Below, piece after piece: positions 13,001 through 26,911 of a stretch of DNA of 64,000 nt. The DNA is from Mobula hypostoma (lineage: Eukaryota). The stretch spans positions 68,512,001 through 68,576,000 of the forward strand of contig NC_086097.1 in assembly GCF_963921235.1 (NCBI RefSeq). The letters run 5' to 3'. The notes below the pieces were generated by a model. The model saw only the letters and a program-made list of their open reading frames with translations, was not told the DNA's origin and made no database searches. The translations under genes and the position numbers were made by a program. Position 1 is the first letter of the stretch, and every line of letters starts with the position of its first letter.

Positions 13001-15527
13001 ACGTATAATTTAGGTTTGTAATTATAATTCATAATCGTAGCAAGGCCACTACAGGAGAATTCTGTGGTAGCAGGGTAATAGTAACCTGTATTATTTCAAC
13101 TTTAAAACAGGTTTCATCACAGCACTTTAGTTCTAGAAGACTACATAAATTTCATTTTTTAAAATTTCTGGTATAAATTTCAGAATGTTGGCAACTTATG
13201 CTTTGATGATTTTCAGTTAAGTATTTAGTACAGTTTAGTCACTTAGTCATCAATTTCAATTTATATGGAGTGGTAGCTTGCCAATAGCTAATTACAGAAG
13301 AGCAAATGATACCTCAGCAGTTATGACTTGTTCATTTTTACAGATGACAAATCATCTAGTATAAAGGATTAAATCTGGAATTAAAGACATTGGGCAAATT
13401 AAATGTGAACAATCTTTCAGTTAAAGAAAATAATGAGCCCCTCAGTCTGTCTTCCTACAATCCTACAGCTGAAACCTGTTCAACCTAATCTTGATGAGAT
13501 CTAAGATGCTTCTTCCAACAACCATACTGAGGGAGACAATCCTGTAACATAACATTTTCATTAAAAGCCATTTAAACCCTACCTTTAATATAGTTCTTTA
13601 CCCATATATACGTTTCCCTTTTCAGTTTCCCTGCATCAAGCCTAAAAGTCTATACTGGTTTATATCCCGAAATCATTAATATAAACATCTCAATCATGTC
13701 CCAGAAGAATAATTTTATTCACTAGATAGTTTCTCAATAATATTAATAATTCCTCTGGGGATTTTTGAAATTCAGCTTTATATTTATTTTGTGAAAGGTC
13801 TGTTGCTTAATAATTCAAGCTATGACTTTACTAAGTGGTGCACTGGAATTTTTTCTTATTTTGCAATCAAATATATATATATAAATATCAGAATTATAAA
13901 CTAATCATTTGAATTTAATATTTCCTATGCTATTTGTATTTAAATTTTATTTCACCTATCTCCAATGGAATGAAATTCTAAAACAAGTATAAATGGTTAT
14001 TTTATTTAAAGTTTCAATCAAAGAACTTATGTTGAACATTTGAACTGTATTCATGTCATTTTTAAAATACACAATGGAATAAAATACAGTTTGTACTGAG
14101 AAATAAATAATAGATTCAAATTTAATAATAAAACTAGGCAAAGTATGCAGTCAGCTCAGGTTTGTCATGTCTTAAGTTGTTTCTGTCTGGTTCGCTCACT
14201 TAGTCAAATCTAATATTCAGTTTATCTGCTAAAATGTATCAAGTGACTTTTCTTCAAAAAAAAGTTACTACAATATGCTGAAAAGAAAGGTTCTAATTGC
14301 AATACTGCAAAAATGTCTAAGGTTCACCTCATAGAACTGTTCAAAAAAAGTGTTCTTTAAGCTGTCTAAAGATGTCCATCAAACACATTAAGTTGCTGAA
14401 CAATGCTGCAAATATAATATCTAAAATCAGGCAGGCTATACTAAAAGGACTTAGTAAATTATAAACAAGGCAAACCACTCATATTGTTCATATTCCTTTA
14501 TAACAAGTTGTAAACTAACAGATAACATATCATAGTCTGCTCTGGAAATCCATGCTACCGTACTGACTGACTTGTTGGGCAATATCAACAAAAATAGGGA
14601 ACATAGTTCAATAAAAAAGGTTCATTTTCTCTTTGCAAGAAATTTTTTTAAAAACTAGCCTTTTTGTGTTAAACAGAACATTTTTATTTCCTCTGTTATT
14701 CAGGAAGAAATGATACCTATTATTACAGGGTGCCTTTAGGGTCAGAAGATCAAAGTTAGAAATAATCAGTTCATAAGTTCAGACTCTTGTCACTGCTTTC
14801 ATCACTGTTTATCATCCTTTAGAGCTAATTTACAATGATATACTGTACAGCCTGATAAACATTTACTGCTAACTTCTTTGAATCATGAGTGGTGATGCGG
14901 AGATGATTATTGATTTCACCAGGAGGAAACCAGAGCCAGTTCTCATCAGGGAATCGAAGGTGGAGAAGGTCAGCAACATTAAATTCGTCAGTGTTATCAT
15001 TTCAGAGGATCTATCCTGAGTCCAGCACTTACGTGCCATTGCAAAGAAAGCATGGCAGTGCCTCTATTTTCTTAAAAGTTTGCAAAGATTCAGTATCTCA
15101 TCTGAAATTCTGACATGCTTGTGTGGTGTAGAGCATATTGACTGGTTGCATCACAGCTTGGTATGGAAATATCAATGCCCTTGAATGGAATTAGCCTACA
15201 AAATATAGTGGATATGGCCCAGTCTATCATTGGTAAAGCTCTCTCCACCACTGAGCACATCTACACAGGGCACTATCACAGGAAAGTGTCATCCATCATC
15301 AAGGATGCCCACCATCCAGGCTATGTTCCCTGTTCGCTGCTGCCATCAGGAAGAAGGTACAGGAACCTCAGGACACACACCACCAGGTTGAGAGACAGTT
15401 ATTACCCCTAAGCCATCAGGTTCTTGAACCAGAGGATATAACTTCACTTAACTTCACTTATCCCATCACTAAACTGATTCCACAACCTATAGACTCATTT
15501 TCAAGGACTCTTCATCTCATGTTCTCA

Positions 15528-15559
<32 letters not shown>

Positions 15560-15601
15560 GTATGTGTGTATGTATTTATTTATTTATTTATTATTATTAT
15601 T
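15528..15601 (+). repeat. (TA)n/(TATG)n/(TTTA)n/(TTA)n compound microsatellite
   Basis: Read directly from the sequence. Confidence 0.9.
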
Positions 15602-15619
15602 GCTGTATTTTTAATTTTT

Positions 15620-16585
15620 CTCAACTCAGGCTGGTAAGCCCAGATCTACAGGCATAGAGAAGCACACTCATTTCTGGTTTCTCTTGGCATTTTCTGCATT
15701 TATTGTCTTGAATTTGTTGGTCATTTATTATGTGTTTTTTATGTTAAACACATGGCTCTGTATTGCCACAAGCAAACCCTGTTTCTGGGAAGAGGTCTCC
15801 AACTCTGCGCCAAACATTCAACACTTTGCTGTTGACACCTAGTCTGCTCAGATCGTGGCAATGTCTTCCATGGAGGGTCATGCTCTTTCACTGGTTAACT
15901 TTTACTTCTGCAGTGATAATTTCTTCATTTTTCTGCCTTGTGGTTTCATTTGAGTTTAGTGGTGCATACTTCTTATCAGAATTGCATATGCCCGTGTGGA
16001 GCACTGAATCATGTTTTCGTTGATGAAAATATATTCTTAGAAATTTTATCTGACTGTTGTGTAAATTTTTTATGTCTGTTGTTCCACTTCCTCCTTCTGC
16101 CCTAGGTAGTGTTAACCTAAGTATATTTGAGTGAACATAAAATTTTCTAAAATTTTTCATTTGATTTCTTATTTTTCTTTTTAAGTATTCCAGATCAGTT
16201 TCGGAACAAGATATTATGCTAAAATAATATAGGTATATCAAAATTGTTTATTGCCTAAATTATATTTTTACTGTTGAGCTCTGTTTCACAGATTTTCTTG
16301 AGCCAATTCTGTCAAATGTTTTTCTTTTATCACACTATGATCTATTTTGTTTGCTTGTTGATATCCCTTAGACTAATATGTTTGATATTCATCCATCAGT
16401 TGTATTGTATCCTGCTGCTCTGTTTTGTATTCTATTAACTCTACAGCACCTTTCTTTATGTTTAGTGTTCTGCATTTATCCAGTCAAAGTACATGTTCAT
16501 ATCTTTCAAAATTAGTTTCATTATTTGAATTGCTTTAGCTTTACTGATGAAGAAGCATATAATTTCAAATCATCCATGAATAAAA
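15620..16585 (-). mobile_element. R4/Dong-clade (RLE-type) non-LTR retrotransposon fragment
   Basis: RT motif LFMDDLKLYA at 16554-16583; RLTLPRAEGG in ORF 15888..16241; downstream KSMTLHGRH and GDLFPET, characteristic of R4/Dong. Confidence 0.8.
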
Positions 16586-17644
16586 TTATTGTTATTAATA
16601 ATATTATTTTCTACTAAGATCATTATTATTATTATTTCTTACTTTCTTTTAGTATTTGCACAGTTTGTTGTTTTTTGCACATTGGTTGTTTGTCTGTCCT
16701 GTTGGAAGCAGCCTTTCTTTGATTCTATTGTGTTTTTAGTACTTACTGGGAATGCCTGCAAGAAAATGAATCTCAAGATTGTGTACAGTGATGTATATGT
16801 ACTTTGAGAATAAAGTTACTTTAAACTCTTCTGTGGATTTGTTGAGATAAGCAGTATAAATCCTTTGCACTTTGTACATGGCTTGCGGTCCAGCTTCTTC
16901 CAGCAAGGAAGAGTACACACAGCAGCTTGAGGGTAAATTAATGAAGGTTAATAAAAGAATTATTTTCATCTAAAATTTTTAAATATAATAATTTGCTACT
17001 AACCTTGAATTAACATTACTAATGTCCATAGTGAGGAGTCAAAGATAAATGTTAGAGATTCTGTTGCTTCCTTGATATATATTGGTCAGGTATTCAAAAC
17101 TCAGCTTTTTTATGAGATAATTTTTCATTTATAAGATGGCAACAGATAGGATGTAAGGACCACTACTATACTACTCAGCTCCTGTAATAATTAATTAGTA
17201 ACATCAACAATTTTCACGATTGGATCTTATTCAAATAATAACAAGAGCAACTATAACGAGGTTGAATTCGGGTGGCTCCCCACGGAGTTAGACCATAAGA
17301 CCATAAGACATAGGAGCAGAATTAGGCCATTCAACCCATTGAGTCTGCTCCACCATTCCATCATGGCTGATCCTGGATCCCACTCAACCCCATACACCTG
17401 CCTTTTCACCATATCTTTTGATGCCCTGACCAATCAGGAAACTGTCAATTTCCACCTTAAATATACCCACGGACTTTGCATCCCCCACAGAATATGGCAG
17501 AGCATTGCACAGATTCACTACTCTCTGGCTAAAATAAATTCCTCCTTAACTCTGTTCTAAAAGGCTGCCCCTCAATTTTGTGGCTGTGCCCTCTAGTTCT
17601 GCATGCCCCCACCACAGGAAACATCCCCTCCATAACCACCTATC

Positions 17645-19207
17645 TCAGTAAGTTTCAATGACATTCCCCCTCATACTTCTAAATTTCAGTAAGTCTGGGC
17701 CCAAAGTTGCCAAACGCTCCTCATATGTTAACCCCTTCATTCCTGGAATCACCCTCATGAACCTCCTCTGGACTTTCTTCAATAACAGCACATCCCTTCT
17801 GAGATATGGAGCCCAAAACTGTTGACAATTCTCCAAGTGCAGCCTGACTAATGTTTTATAAAGGCTCAGCATTATCTCCTTGCCTTTATATTCTATTTCC
17901 CTTGCATTTGCCTTCCTTACCACAGACTCAACCTGTAAATTAACCTTCTGGGAGGCTTGCACGAGAACTCCTAAATCCCTCTGCATCTCCGATGTTTGAA
18001 CCTTCTCTCCATTTAGGTAATAGTCTCTACTATTGTTCCTTTTATCAAAATGCATTATTGTACATTTCCTTAAAGTGTATTCCATCTGCCACTTTTTTGT
18101 CCATTCTTCCAAGATGTCTAAGTCTACCTGAAAATGCATTGCTTCCTCAGCACTACCTGTCTTTGTATCATACACAAACTTTGCCACAAAGCCATCAATT
18201 CCATTATCCAAATCGCTGACAAACAATGTGAAAAGTAACAGTCCCAATACTGACCCCTGAGGAACACCACTAGTCACAAGCAGCCAACCAGAAAAGGCCC
18301 ATTTTATTCCCACTCGCTGCCTCCTGCCTGTCAGCCATTCCTCTATCCATGCCAGTATCTTTCCTGTAATGCCAAAGGATTTTATCTTGTTAAGCAGTCT
18401 CACATGTGGCACCTTATCAAATGCCTTCTGAAAATCCAAGTAAATGATATCCACTGCCTCGCCTTTGTCCACCCTGTTTGTTACTTCCTCGAAGAACTCT
18501 AACAGATTTGTCAGGCAAGATTTCCCTTTACAGAAACCATGCTGACTTTGACTTACTTTATCATTAGTCTCCAAGTACCCCGAAACCTCAAACTTAATAA
18601 TAGACTCCAATACTTTTCCAACCACTGAGGTTAGGCTAACTGGCCTATAATTTCCTTTCTTTTGCCTTCCTCCTTTCTTAAAGAGTGGAGTGACATTTGC
18701 ACTTTTCCAGTCCTCCAGGACCATGCTAGAATCAAGTGATTCTTGAAAGATCATGACCAATGCATCCATTATCTCTTCAGCAACCTCTCTCAGGACTCTG
18801 GGATGTAGTCCATCTGGTCCAGGTGACTTATCCACCTTAAGACCTTTGAGTTTGCCTAGGATCTTTTCCTTTGTAATTGCAATGGCACTCACTCCTGCAC
18901 CCTGACACTCACATACCTTTGGCACACTGCTAGTGTCTTCCACAGTGTAGACTGATGCAAAGTACCTATTAAGTTCATCTGCCATTTCTTTGTCCCCCAT
19001 TATTACCACACCAGCATCATTTTTCAGTGGTCCAATATCAACTCTCACTTCCCTTTTACTCTTTATATAACTGAAAAAAACTTCTGGTATCTCTTTTACA
19101 TTATTGACTTGTTTGCCCCCATATATCATCTTTTCCCTGCAAATAGCTTTTTTAATTGCCTTTTGTTGAATTTTAAAAGCTTCCCAATTATCCAACTTCC
19201 CACTCAC
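17645..19207 (-). pseudogene. CR1 ORF2 reverse transcriptase remnant (520 aa open, non-functional)
   Basis: KSPGPDGLHPRVL, NYRPVSLTSV, QHGF, YLDFQKAFDKVPH and SGVPQGSVLG are present. The catalytic FADD is mutated to FVYD, there are small deletions, and it is frameshifted from the EN part. Confidence 0.9.
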
Positions 19208-19969
19208 TTATATGCCCTTTTCTTGGCTTTTATGCAGTCCTTAACTTCCCTTATCAGCCAAGATTGCCTATCCCTACCATTTGAGAACAACTTCTTCTGT
19301 GGGACATATCTATACTGTGCCTTGTGAACTATACCCAGAAACTCCAGCCATCTCTGCTCTGCCATCATCCCTGCCAGTATCTTCCTCCAACCCACCCGGC
19401 AAGCTCCTCTCTCGTCCCTCTGTTATTCCCTTTATTCCATTGCGATACTGATACTTGTGGCTTATGCTTCTCCTTCTCAAATTGCAGCATAAATGCAATC
19501 ATATTATGATCACTGCCTCCTAAAGGTTCCCTTACATTAAGCTCCCTAATAAGATCTGGGTTATGACACAACATCCAATCTAAGATAGCCTTCCCCCGAG
19601 TAGGCTCAAGCACAAGATGCTCTAAAAAGCCATCTCGAAGGCATTCAACAAATTCTCTCTCTTGCGATCCGACACCAACCTGATTTTCCCAATCCCCTTG
19701 CATATTGAAGACCCCGATTACAATTGTGTTGTTAACCTTATTACATGCCTTTCAAGCTCCCTTTGCAATCTCAACTCCACATCTTGGCTACTATTTTGAG
19801 GTCTATATATGATTCCCATAATGGTTTTTTAACCCTTGCAGTTTCTTAACTTTACCCACAATGATTCAGCATTCTCTGACCCTATGTCACCTCTTTCTAA
19901 AGATGTAATTCCACCTCTTACCAACAGAAACACACCACCACCTATACCTTTCTGCCTGTCCTTTTGATA

Positions 19970-20280
19970 TATAAGGCATCCGTTAGTCTCGTGAGACCAT
20001 GGATTTGCACCTTGGAAGGTTTCCAGGTCGTAGGCCTGGGCAAGGTTGTATGGAAGACCAGCAGTTGTCCATGCTGCATGTCTCCCCTCTCCACGCCACC
20101 GATGTTGTCCAAGGGAAGGACACTAGAGCCGATACAGCTTAGCACTGGTGTCGCCGCAGAGCAATGTGTGGTTAAGTGCCTTGCTCAAGGACACAACATG
20201 CTGCCTCAGCTGAGCCTCGAACTAGCAACCTTCAGATCACTGGGCCAATGCCTTAACAACTTGGCCACACACCAACATAT
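19970..20280 (-). mobile_element. tRNA-derived SINE with CORE-like middle and RTE-like tail, nested in CR1
   Basis: 15-bp TSD CCTGTCCTTTTGATA (19955-19969 and 20281-20295). On the minus strand: A box TGGCCAAGTTG, B box AGTTCGAG, and GTGTCCTTGAGCAAGGCACTTAACC. Confidence 0.88.
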
Positions 20281-22828
20281 CCTGTCCTTTTGATACAAAG
20301 CATATCCTTTGATGTTAAGCTCCCAACTATGGCCTTCTTTCAGCCACGATTCAGTGATGCCCATAAAGTCATACCGACCAGTCTCTAATTGTGCCACGAG
20401 TTCGTCCACCTTATTCTGAATGCTACACGTATTTAACTACAGCACCTTCAGTCCTGCATTCTTCGGCCTTTTGAATTTTGCCTCTGTAGTACAATTTAAC
20501 TCTTTGCTCTGTCTGCATTTGTACCCAATCTTTGGCTTGTCCTTCCTTACGTTCATGTTACACCCGTCATCTACTTGTAAACCTGCCATTGCAAACTTGT
20601 AAACTTGTTGGCTAGAACTTTTAGGACATAGTTGGTATTATCCATTTGGTACAAGCTGAATTTCACAACTTATTTCAGTATGTTCACCACATCTTACAGT
20701 ATGTGGTTATACAGGCCCTTCCAGGGATATCAATGTATGACATTGGACACCCGACACATACAGATGAGCTCCCACACATAATCTCAAATCCAAATAAAAA
20801 CCAATCCTGAAAAAAACTGCACGTATAATCTTCCTGCAGCAACCAGACACCATTGTCTTTAAGAACGCAGGCTGCCAGTTTCAAATTGGAAGACCACTTA
20901 ACAGCGATGCTTTAGAAATGGACAACCAATTGCTTCTGTTGATAATAGTGTAATGATACTTTGTTAAACAATGAAACAGCCTCTGATATCTCAACCCCAT
21001 CAAAACCAGTCAGTGGGACATTATAATCCCGCACCATTGTAATTGGGTAGAAGACAATAAATAATGTTTCTGTTATTTGGGTCTCATTAACACTATTCAT
21101 TACAATACCATGAAGTTGCCCTATCAAATGTTTTTAAGCTTCTTCTGTATTAAGTACAAAATAGACTTATGGATGTCTGCAAAAATGGAACCCAATTATA
21201 ATCCAGAGGCAGCTGTATTTGGGCTAATCATCTTCTTTTTAACCAATCTAACACTTGGACGCAACAAACAAGCCTGCAATTATCAACCATGTTCCTAGTC
21301 CACTCAATTGCACTGTCATTACTTTTAATACGTAATGCAGATTTTAGCTACTCTATTTGTTTTCCTAGCAGTTTTATCTATTGTGTGAAGGTTGAGACTG
21401 CAAAGGAAAGATTATGTGTAAACAACAGAAAATCATTTGTATTACTACACTTCTACATTACACAGACGTCACCAGCCATGCATACTGATATCCATTGATG
21501 TTGAACACATAATAGAGGCATCTATTACATATTCAACATATATTTTCCAAAGCATATATATGATTTATGAACTTTATGATCATTGTACATAGGAATAAAT
21601 CTTTAGTCAGAGAGTTAACATCTGATCAAACATTACATAAAATGGTTCATCTCTACCTGGATTACTGTCAGGAAGTCTGTCATTCAAATACACTTCAATG
21701 AAAGGACATACTTACTGCTCTTTATTAATATTCTCAGTGTGGAAACATTAAAACTGCCACCAACCCAATCCTACATACCCAAAATCAAATTCATGTGGCA
21801 ACGAGTCTCCAGATATCTCCTTGTAGCCCCACCAATCCTCCAATCCTTTCATCACTCTCCACAAACTTTGGTACACTTGATATTCTCCCCTCACAATCTG
21901 CTCTCCAACATATTCCTCCTGGTTGTTTTTGTTTCCAGGTAGAAAATGTGCGCAGTTTCTACACGGATATCCATGCAAGGACCTGAATTATTAACTCTGA
22001 TGAATACACTTCAAATTTCATGCCCATAAGAAAATTGGGCACCTGTGATCACTCACCAAACTGGCAAGAGCCCCTTCTCTTCCAAGAAACAAAGCACTAA
22101 TCTTTTAAATCTGTAAAACACCATGTAGAAATATTAGCCCTAATTATCTAGGAACTCGAATATAAATGCAGGTGAATACCATTAGTCACTGAATATATTC
22201 ACCCAAATTTCTTTCTCAACTTTACAGCAATACCTCTTGGTAAACATATTCTATGTAGGTAATTGTTCATCAGTCACAGAGATCCTCTGGGCAAAGATCT
22301 AACTCAAATCCATTTCACACAAGTTTGGGCATTCTGCGCAAAGAAAGTCTATACTGGCCAATATTATGTCTATCTAACTTAAAGTATTTGAAATTTCAAT
22401 AATGCAAAACTTCAAAGAATGAAATTCTGCTTATTTACATCACGTAGGTGCTAACTCTTCCTCTCTTTGATACTTTAGTTCCCCAAAGGGTAAACTTAAA
22501 GTGCTTACAAAGAAAAATACTTCCTATTTTTAAAAAGAAACATAACAGACAGAGCTATCATTAAAGAAATTTGTATGTTACATATGGATATTGGCAGAGG
22601 ATCAAATAGCCTGACAAGACCCCAGTAATGGAATGGGTGGCTAGTTGTGCTGACATCTGATTTCCAGGAAATTAGGCTATATATTTTTCAGTGACTATGC
22701 CTTTCTGCTATCATAACTTTATGTAAAAATGTGCTATATGCTGTGCACTGTATGTAGCTGTTTGTGCTATGTTTTGCATCTTGACCCCAGAGGAACACTG
22801 TTTCGTTTAGCTGTATTCATGTACATTG

Positions 22829-23030
22829 GTGTTCCTTTCTGCACCTTGTGGTGCATCGGACGGCAACCTCGCCATTTCTTTGGCAATTTTGCCTATTTTT
22901 ATGAGGCTGAATTGCTAGCTCGATGCTTAACCCAGTACGGACGGGAAGTGTGCAAGGGGCCAGCCAGTTCAAATCCGGAACCACTCACCTCACAGTCCAG
23001 TGCGGATGCTACTACAACACTGGCCTGGCA
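22829..23030 (-). mobile_element. Second tRNA-derived SINE family, inserted in a Rex1-type tail remnant (about 22720-23070)
   Basis: Flanking TATTCATG repeats (22814-22821 and 23031-23038). tRNA-like head; 3' end CGATGCACCACAAGGTGCAGAAAGGAAC resembles RTE tails. Confidence 0.7.
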
Positions 23031-23801
23031 TATTCATGCGTATGATTGAATGACAATTAAACTTGAACTCCAGCTTGTCTGTTGTGAGGGCAAATTGTTG
23101 CTCATGGCCAGCTCCTCTGGCTGTAATCTGAGGGCATATTAACTGGCCAGTGTTCTAGCTGAATTCTACTAGTCGGTCTGCAATGGGTTGGTGCAGCCAC
23201 ATGGATGATGCACGTAGTGGAGTGGATTAAGTAAACCTCACCCATTTACTTCATTTGTGCACTAATTGTATACAATTTATTTTAAGGATAATGCAACATT
23301 TACATTCAGTAGTAAACTACTACATGATAACCAATTTTATTTATTATACAACTTTAGAAATAATCATTAGATTTATGATTTTGATATCCAAATGTATTTG
23401 GTTTTTGCCTTTCTTGTATTCAATGATATCATAATATTATTTGTAATAACGACTTACTTATCTATGATAGCTTTTATTTATACTGTACCATGAAACTGAC
23501 AGTAACCTTAGAGAGATGCACATTTGTAATTTATTAAATTCAAGAAGTTGGCATCAATGATTCCCAGCTCCTGTTGCTTTCTCCAGTATAATCTTGAGAA
23601 ATTAGTATCTGATGATAACTTTGGGTATTCATGAACACTTCTTACGGTAAAATAACTTCGAGATACTTGTTGAATAAAGTGTAAGCAAATTCTCTGGCTC
23701 TAAGGAGGTCAATTTTATCTTTGTGCACTGTAATTTTCTTAGATAAATATTTCAAATCATAATGACCCACAAATTCTTCAGTGCCAAAGAGGGCATGTTA
23801 A

Positions 23802-23914
23802 CTAGCCAGATTCACACCGGATTTCGGGGTTCAAATTCAGTTGGCTCCCTGCACTCCTTCCATCCATGCTGCGTTGAGCATCAAGCTACCAACTCAGCCT
23901 CGTAAAGAAATGGT
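23802..23914 (+). mobile_element. Truncated copy of the same SINE
   Basis: Homologous to the reverse complement of about 22880-22990. Flanked by AAAGAGGGCATRTTAA (23786-23801 and 23915-23930). Confidence 0.65.
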
Positions 23915-24359
23915 AAAGAGGGCATATTAAACCAGTGCTGTGCGGGGACTATATTCTGGCTTTGAGATTCCTTACTCTCCAAATGCAGCATTCAATCACC
24001 CATAATATCCAAGGCATCATGCCTTGCACATTAAAATAATGAAATCAAAGAGGCAGTAGAGGAAATCATACAAGGCAGATTAGGGTAAGAGTCTGGAAGG
24101 ATTGGATCTGATGTTCGAGAATCAGCACATTAATAGAAGGGGTCAGAGGCAGACAGGCAATCAAATGGTGGCTCTTCATTGAAGAAGGAGAAAGAGGCAC
24201 ACAAACAGGATGTCCCAGTAACATCAGCAGATGTAAAGGGGCAATAAAGGGGGTATATGGGGGCTTGAACAAACCTGACGAATATTCTTTAAGAAGACCT
24301 ACCTTCCAGAGATCACTGTCACATAGGCCTGGTAAAATTATTGCCTATAATGCAGAACA

Positions 24360-24750
24360 TAAACACAAGAGATTCTGAAATGCTGGAAATCCAGAAGAAC
24401 ACAAACAAAATACAGGTCAGGCAGCATCAATGGAAATGAATAAACAATCAATGTTTCAGGCTTCGACTCATCATCAGGTCTGGAAATGAATGGAGAAGAC
24501 GCCAGATTAAGAAGTTGGTTCTAGGGGAAGGGGGGACAAGCTAAAAAGCGATAAGTGAAGCCAAGTTTGTGGGAAATTACATAAGAAGCTGGGAAAAGGA
24601 AAATGGCTGGAGAAGAAGGAATCTGATAGGAGAGGAAAGTGGACCGTGGGAGAAAGGGAAAGAGGAAGAGGTGATAGGCAGATGAGGAGAAGAGGTAAGC
24701 GGCTAGGGTGAGGAATAGAAGAAGAGGGAAGAGGGAAGGAGGAAGGGAGA
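24360..24750 (-). mobile_element. PLE pLTR plus purine-rich tail
   Basis: AAACACAAGAGATTCTG...TGCTGGAAATCCAG. Hammerhead remnant CTGATGA (24471-24477) and GAAA (24454-24457) on the minus strand. Confidence 0.8.
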
Positions 24751-26044
24751 AATTATCAGGTAATATCCTAAAATGCAAAAGTGGGCAAAAAGCTCCAATT
24801 AATTCAGTCCTCTGCTTGAGTGCCTACAACATTAATAGTGACATCAAAACGTGCATTGCACATCATTTGATGTCAAATCTCAATCTAAGTTGTCTCATGC
24901 TCTCATAGGACTGGAATATTTTTTCACTATGCAACACGCACAGGAAGGATTCAATCATTATTGATTTTCTTAACAGATTAAAATATTAGGCCGCACAAAA
25001 TATTTCTGAGGCCAATAGATGTTAATTTTTTAAAATTTAAATGTCCATACTTGATATTTCATCTTGTATCTTAATCTCATATATGCAATCTAATCTTTAC
25101 ATTGCAATCTTGAAAATATCAGTTAAAAGGTGAGCTCTACTGTATTTTCCTGATATATTTTTTGTGAGAATTTTTCAATGGTTTGGGCTACTGAGCCAGC
25201 TTGATGACATCATTGCAGAAAACCCAGAAACCCTCCCTTGGTGCCAAGCCCTGTTGCAACAACCAGCCTTGTAGAAGAAATTCATATGACAGAAATTATT
25301 TGATTTTTATTTCAAGTATTTTCTTTTAGGTATGCGGTGGTGACCACATTCAGACCATCATTACTATATGGTTGCAGCATAGGCATTGAATCATAAGGTA
25401 CAAATACACTGTTCTTTCTCTTTTTAAATTAGACTGCAGACTGTGATTTCAATCATTCCTGTTTCATTAAGCTCAAAATTGCAGTAATTAATCAACTGGA
25501 AGTCAGTGAGATTTTTTGTCTACTAGTATTCTAAGTTGGCTATCTGTACACAACATTAAATCATTCTCCATTCCTAGTAAACTACTTGGAAGAATACTTG
25601 GAAATCCTAAACTTAAAATGTACTGCATATGAAAACAACTTTTGTTTTATTCATTCAAGGGATGTGGGCTTCACAGGCTGAGATTACAGTTATTTGCCCA
25701 TCCTTTGTTGCCCTTGAGAAGGCAATAGTGAGCGGCCATCTTAAACTGCTGCAGTCTTTGAGATCAAAACACCCGCAAAGTTGTTACAGATAGAGTTCCA
25801 GGAATTTGGCCTAGCAACAATGAAGGAAGATGATATGTTTCCAAGTCAAGATGGTGTGCAGCTTAGAGGGCAACTTCCAGCTGCTGGTGTTCCCATGCTA
25901 CTTTGCCCATGTACTTCTAACTGGTAGAGGTCGTGGGTTTGGAGCACGACAGTTATGTTAATACATCTGTGCTCTGCAGTGGATCCTGTGGGTGGTACAA
26001 ACTGCTGCTGCTGTACATCAGTGGTGAAGTTTAGGTAAATAGCC

Positions 26045-26355
26045 ACAATGTTTCCCCAGAATGGGAAGTCCAGTATGAAAGGGCATAGGTTTAAAGTGAG
26101 AAAGGAAACATTTTAAAAGGGAATGAGGTGCAACTTTTTCACACAGACGGTGTTGAGCTCATGGAACAAGCTTCCAGCGAAAGTGAAAGTCGCAAGTACA
26201 ACTATAACATTTAAAAGATATTGGGCAGGTACGTGGATAGGTAAGGTTCAGAGGAATAAGGGTCAAACACAGGCAAGTGGGGCTAGCTCAGTGAGCTAAC
26301 TTGGTGGGCACGGACATTGGACCAAATAGCCTGTTTTCTATCAGTATAGCTCTGT
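26045..26355 (+). mobile_element. CR1 3' end fragment
   Basis: GGGCATAGGTTTAAAGTGAG...TTTTTCACACAGACGGTG...TGGAACAAGCTTCCAG encodes GHRFKV..FFTQ.V...WNKLP. Confidence 0.8.
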
Positions 26356-26911
26356 AAGTCACGCATGGTGCTGAACATTACGCAATCACCAGCAAACAAT
26401 CTTACCACTGACTTTAAATTTGAAGAAAAGCTATTGATGAAAAAGCTGATGTTGGTTTTGCTTCGGACACTACCCTGAGGAATTCCTGCAAAGATGTCCT
26501 GTGACCCAGGTGATTGATTTCCAACCACCACAACTATTTTTCTTTATGCTTGGTATAATTCCAACAAGCAGAAGGTTTTCCACCCCGATTCCCACAGACT
26601 TGTTTAGCTACAGCTCCTTGATCCATACTCAATCAAATGCTGCCTTACTGTCAAGGGCAGTTACTCTCACTTCATCTCTATAATTCAGTTCTTTTGTCTA
26701 TGTTTAAACCGAGGCTATAATGAGGAAGGAGTTGAGTGAGCAGGTTGTTGTGAAGCAAATACCACTTGATAGCACTATTGATTATCCCTGATGATTAAGA
26801 TTACACAAATATGACTGGTTTAGATTTGTCCTGTTTTTGTTCATAACATACTTCGTCAACATTCTATATTGTCAATTAGATGCCAGAAGTGAACCTGACA
26901 CCTGGAATGAA

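Larger units (their letters stand above)
14880..16830 (+). mobile_element. Rex1/Babar LINE 3' fragment with an R4/Dong insertion in its UTR
   Basis: ORF 15163..15411 contains IIKDAHHPG...LLPSGRRYRNLRTHTTR. The UTR resumes at about 16590 and is homologous to 6030-6240. Confidence 0.85.
17288..20587 (-). mobile_element. CR1 LINE, about 3.3 kb, APE endonuclease plus RT, 5'-truncated
   Basis: EN pieces (ITESWL; LEPTRGKAILD; SDHNMI), a 520-aa RT ORF, and a 3' tail whose complement is GACCATAAGACCATAAGAC. Confidence 0.95.

Noticed and set aside
17645..19207. 520-aa RT ORF as a functional or domesticated gene
   Set aside because: Catalytic motif mutated (FVYD), internal deletions, frameshifted from the endonuclease; an ordinary CR1 copy.
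20684..21127. Two minus-strand ORFs in apparently unique sequence
   Set aside because: No recognisable domain or consistent splice signals.
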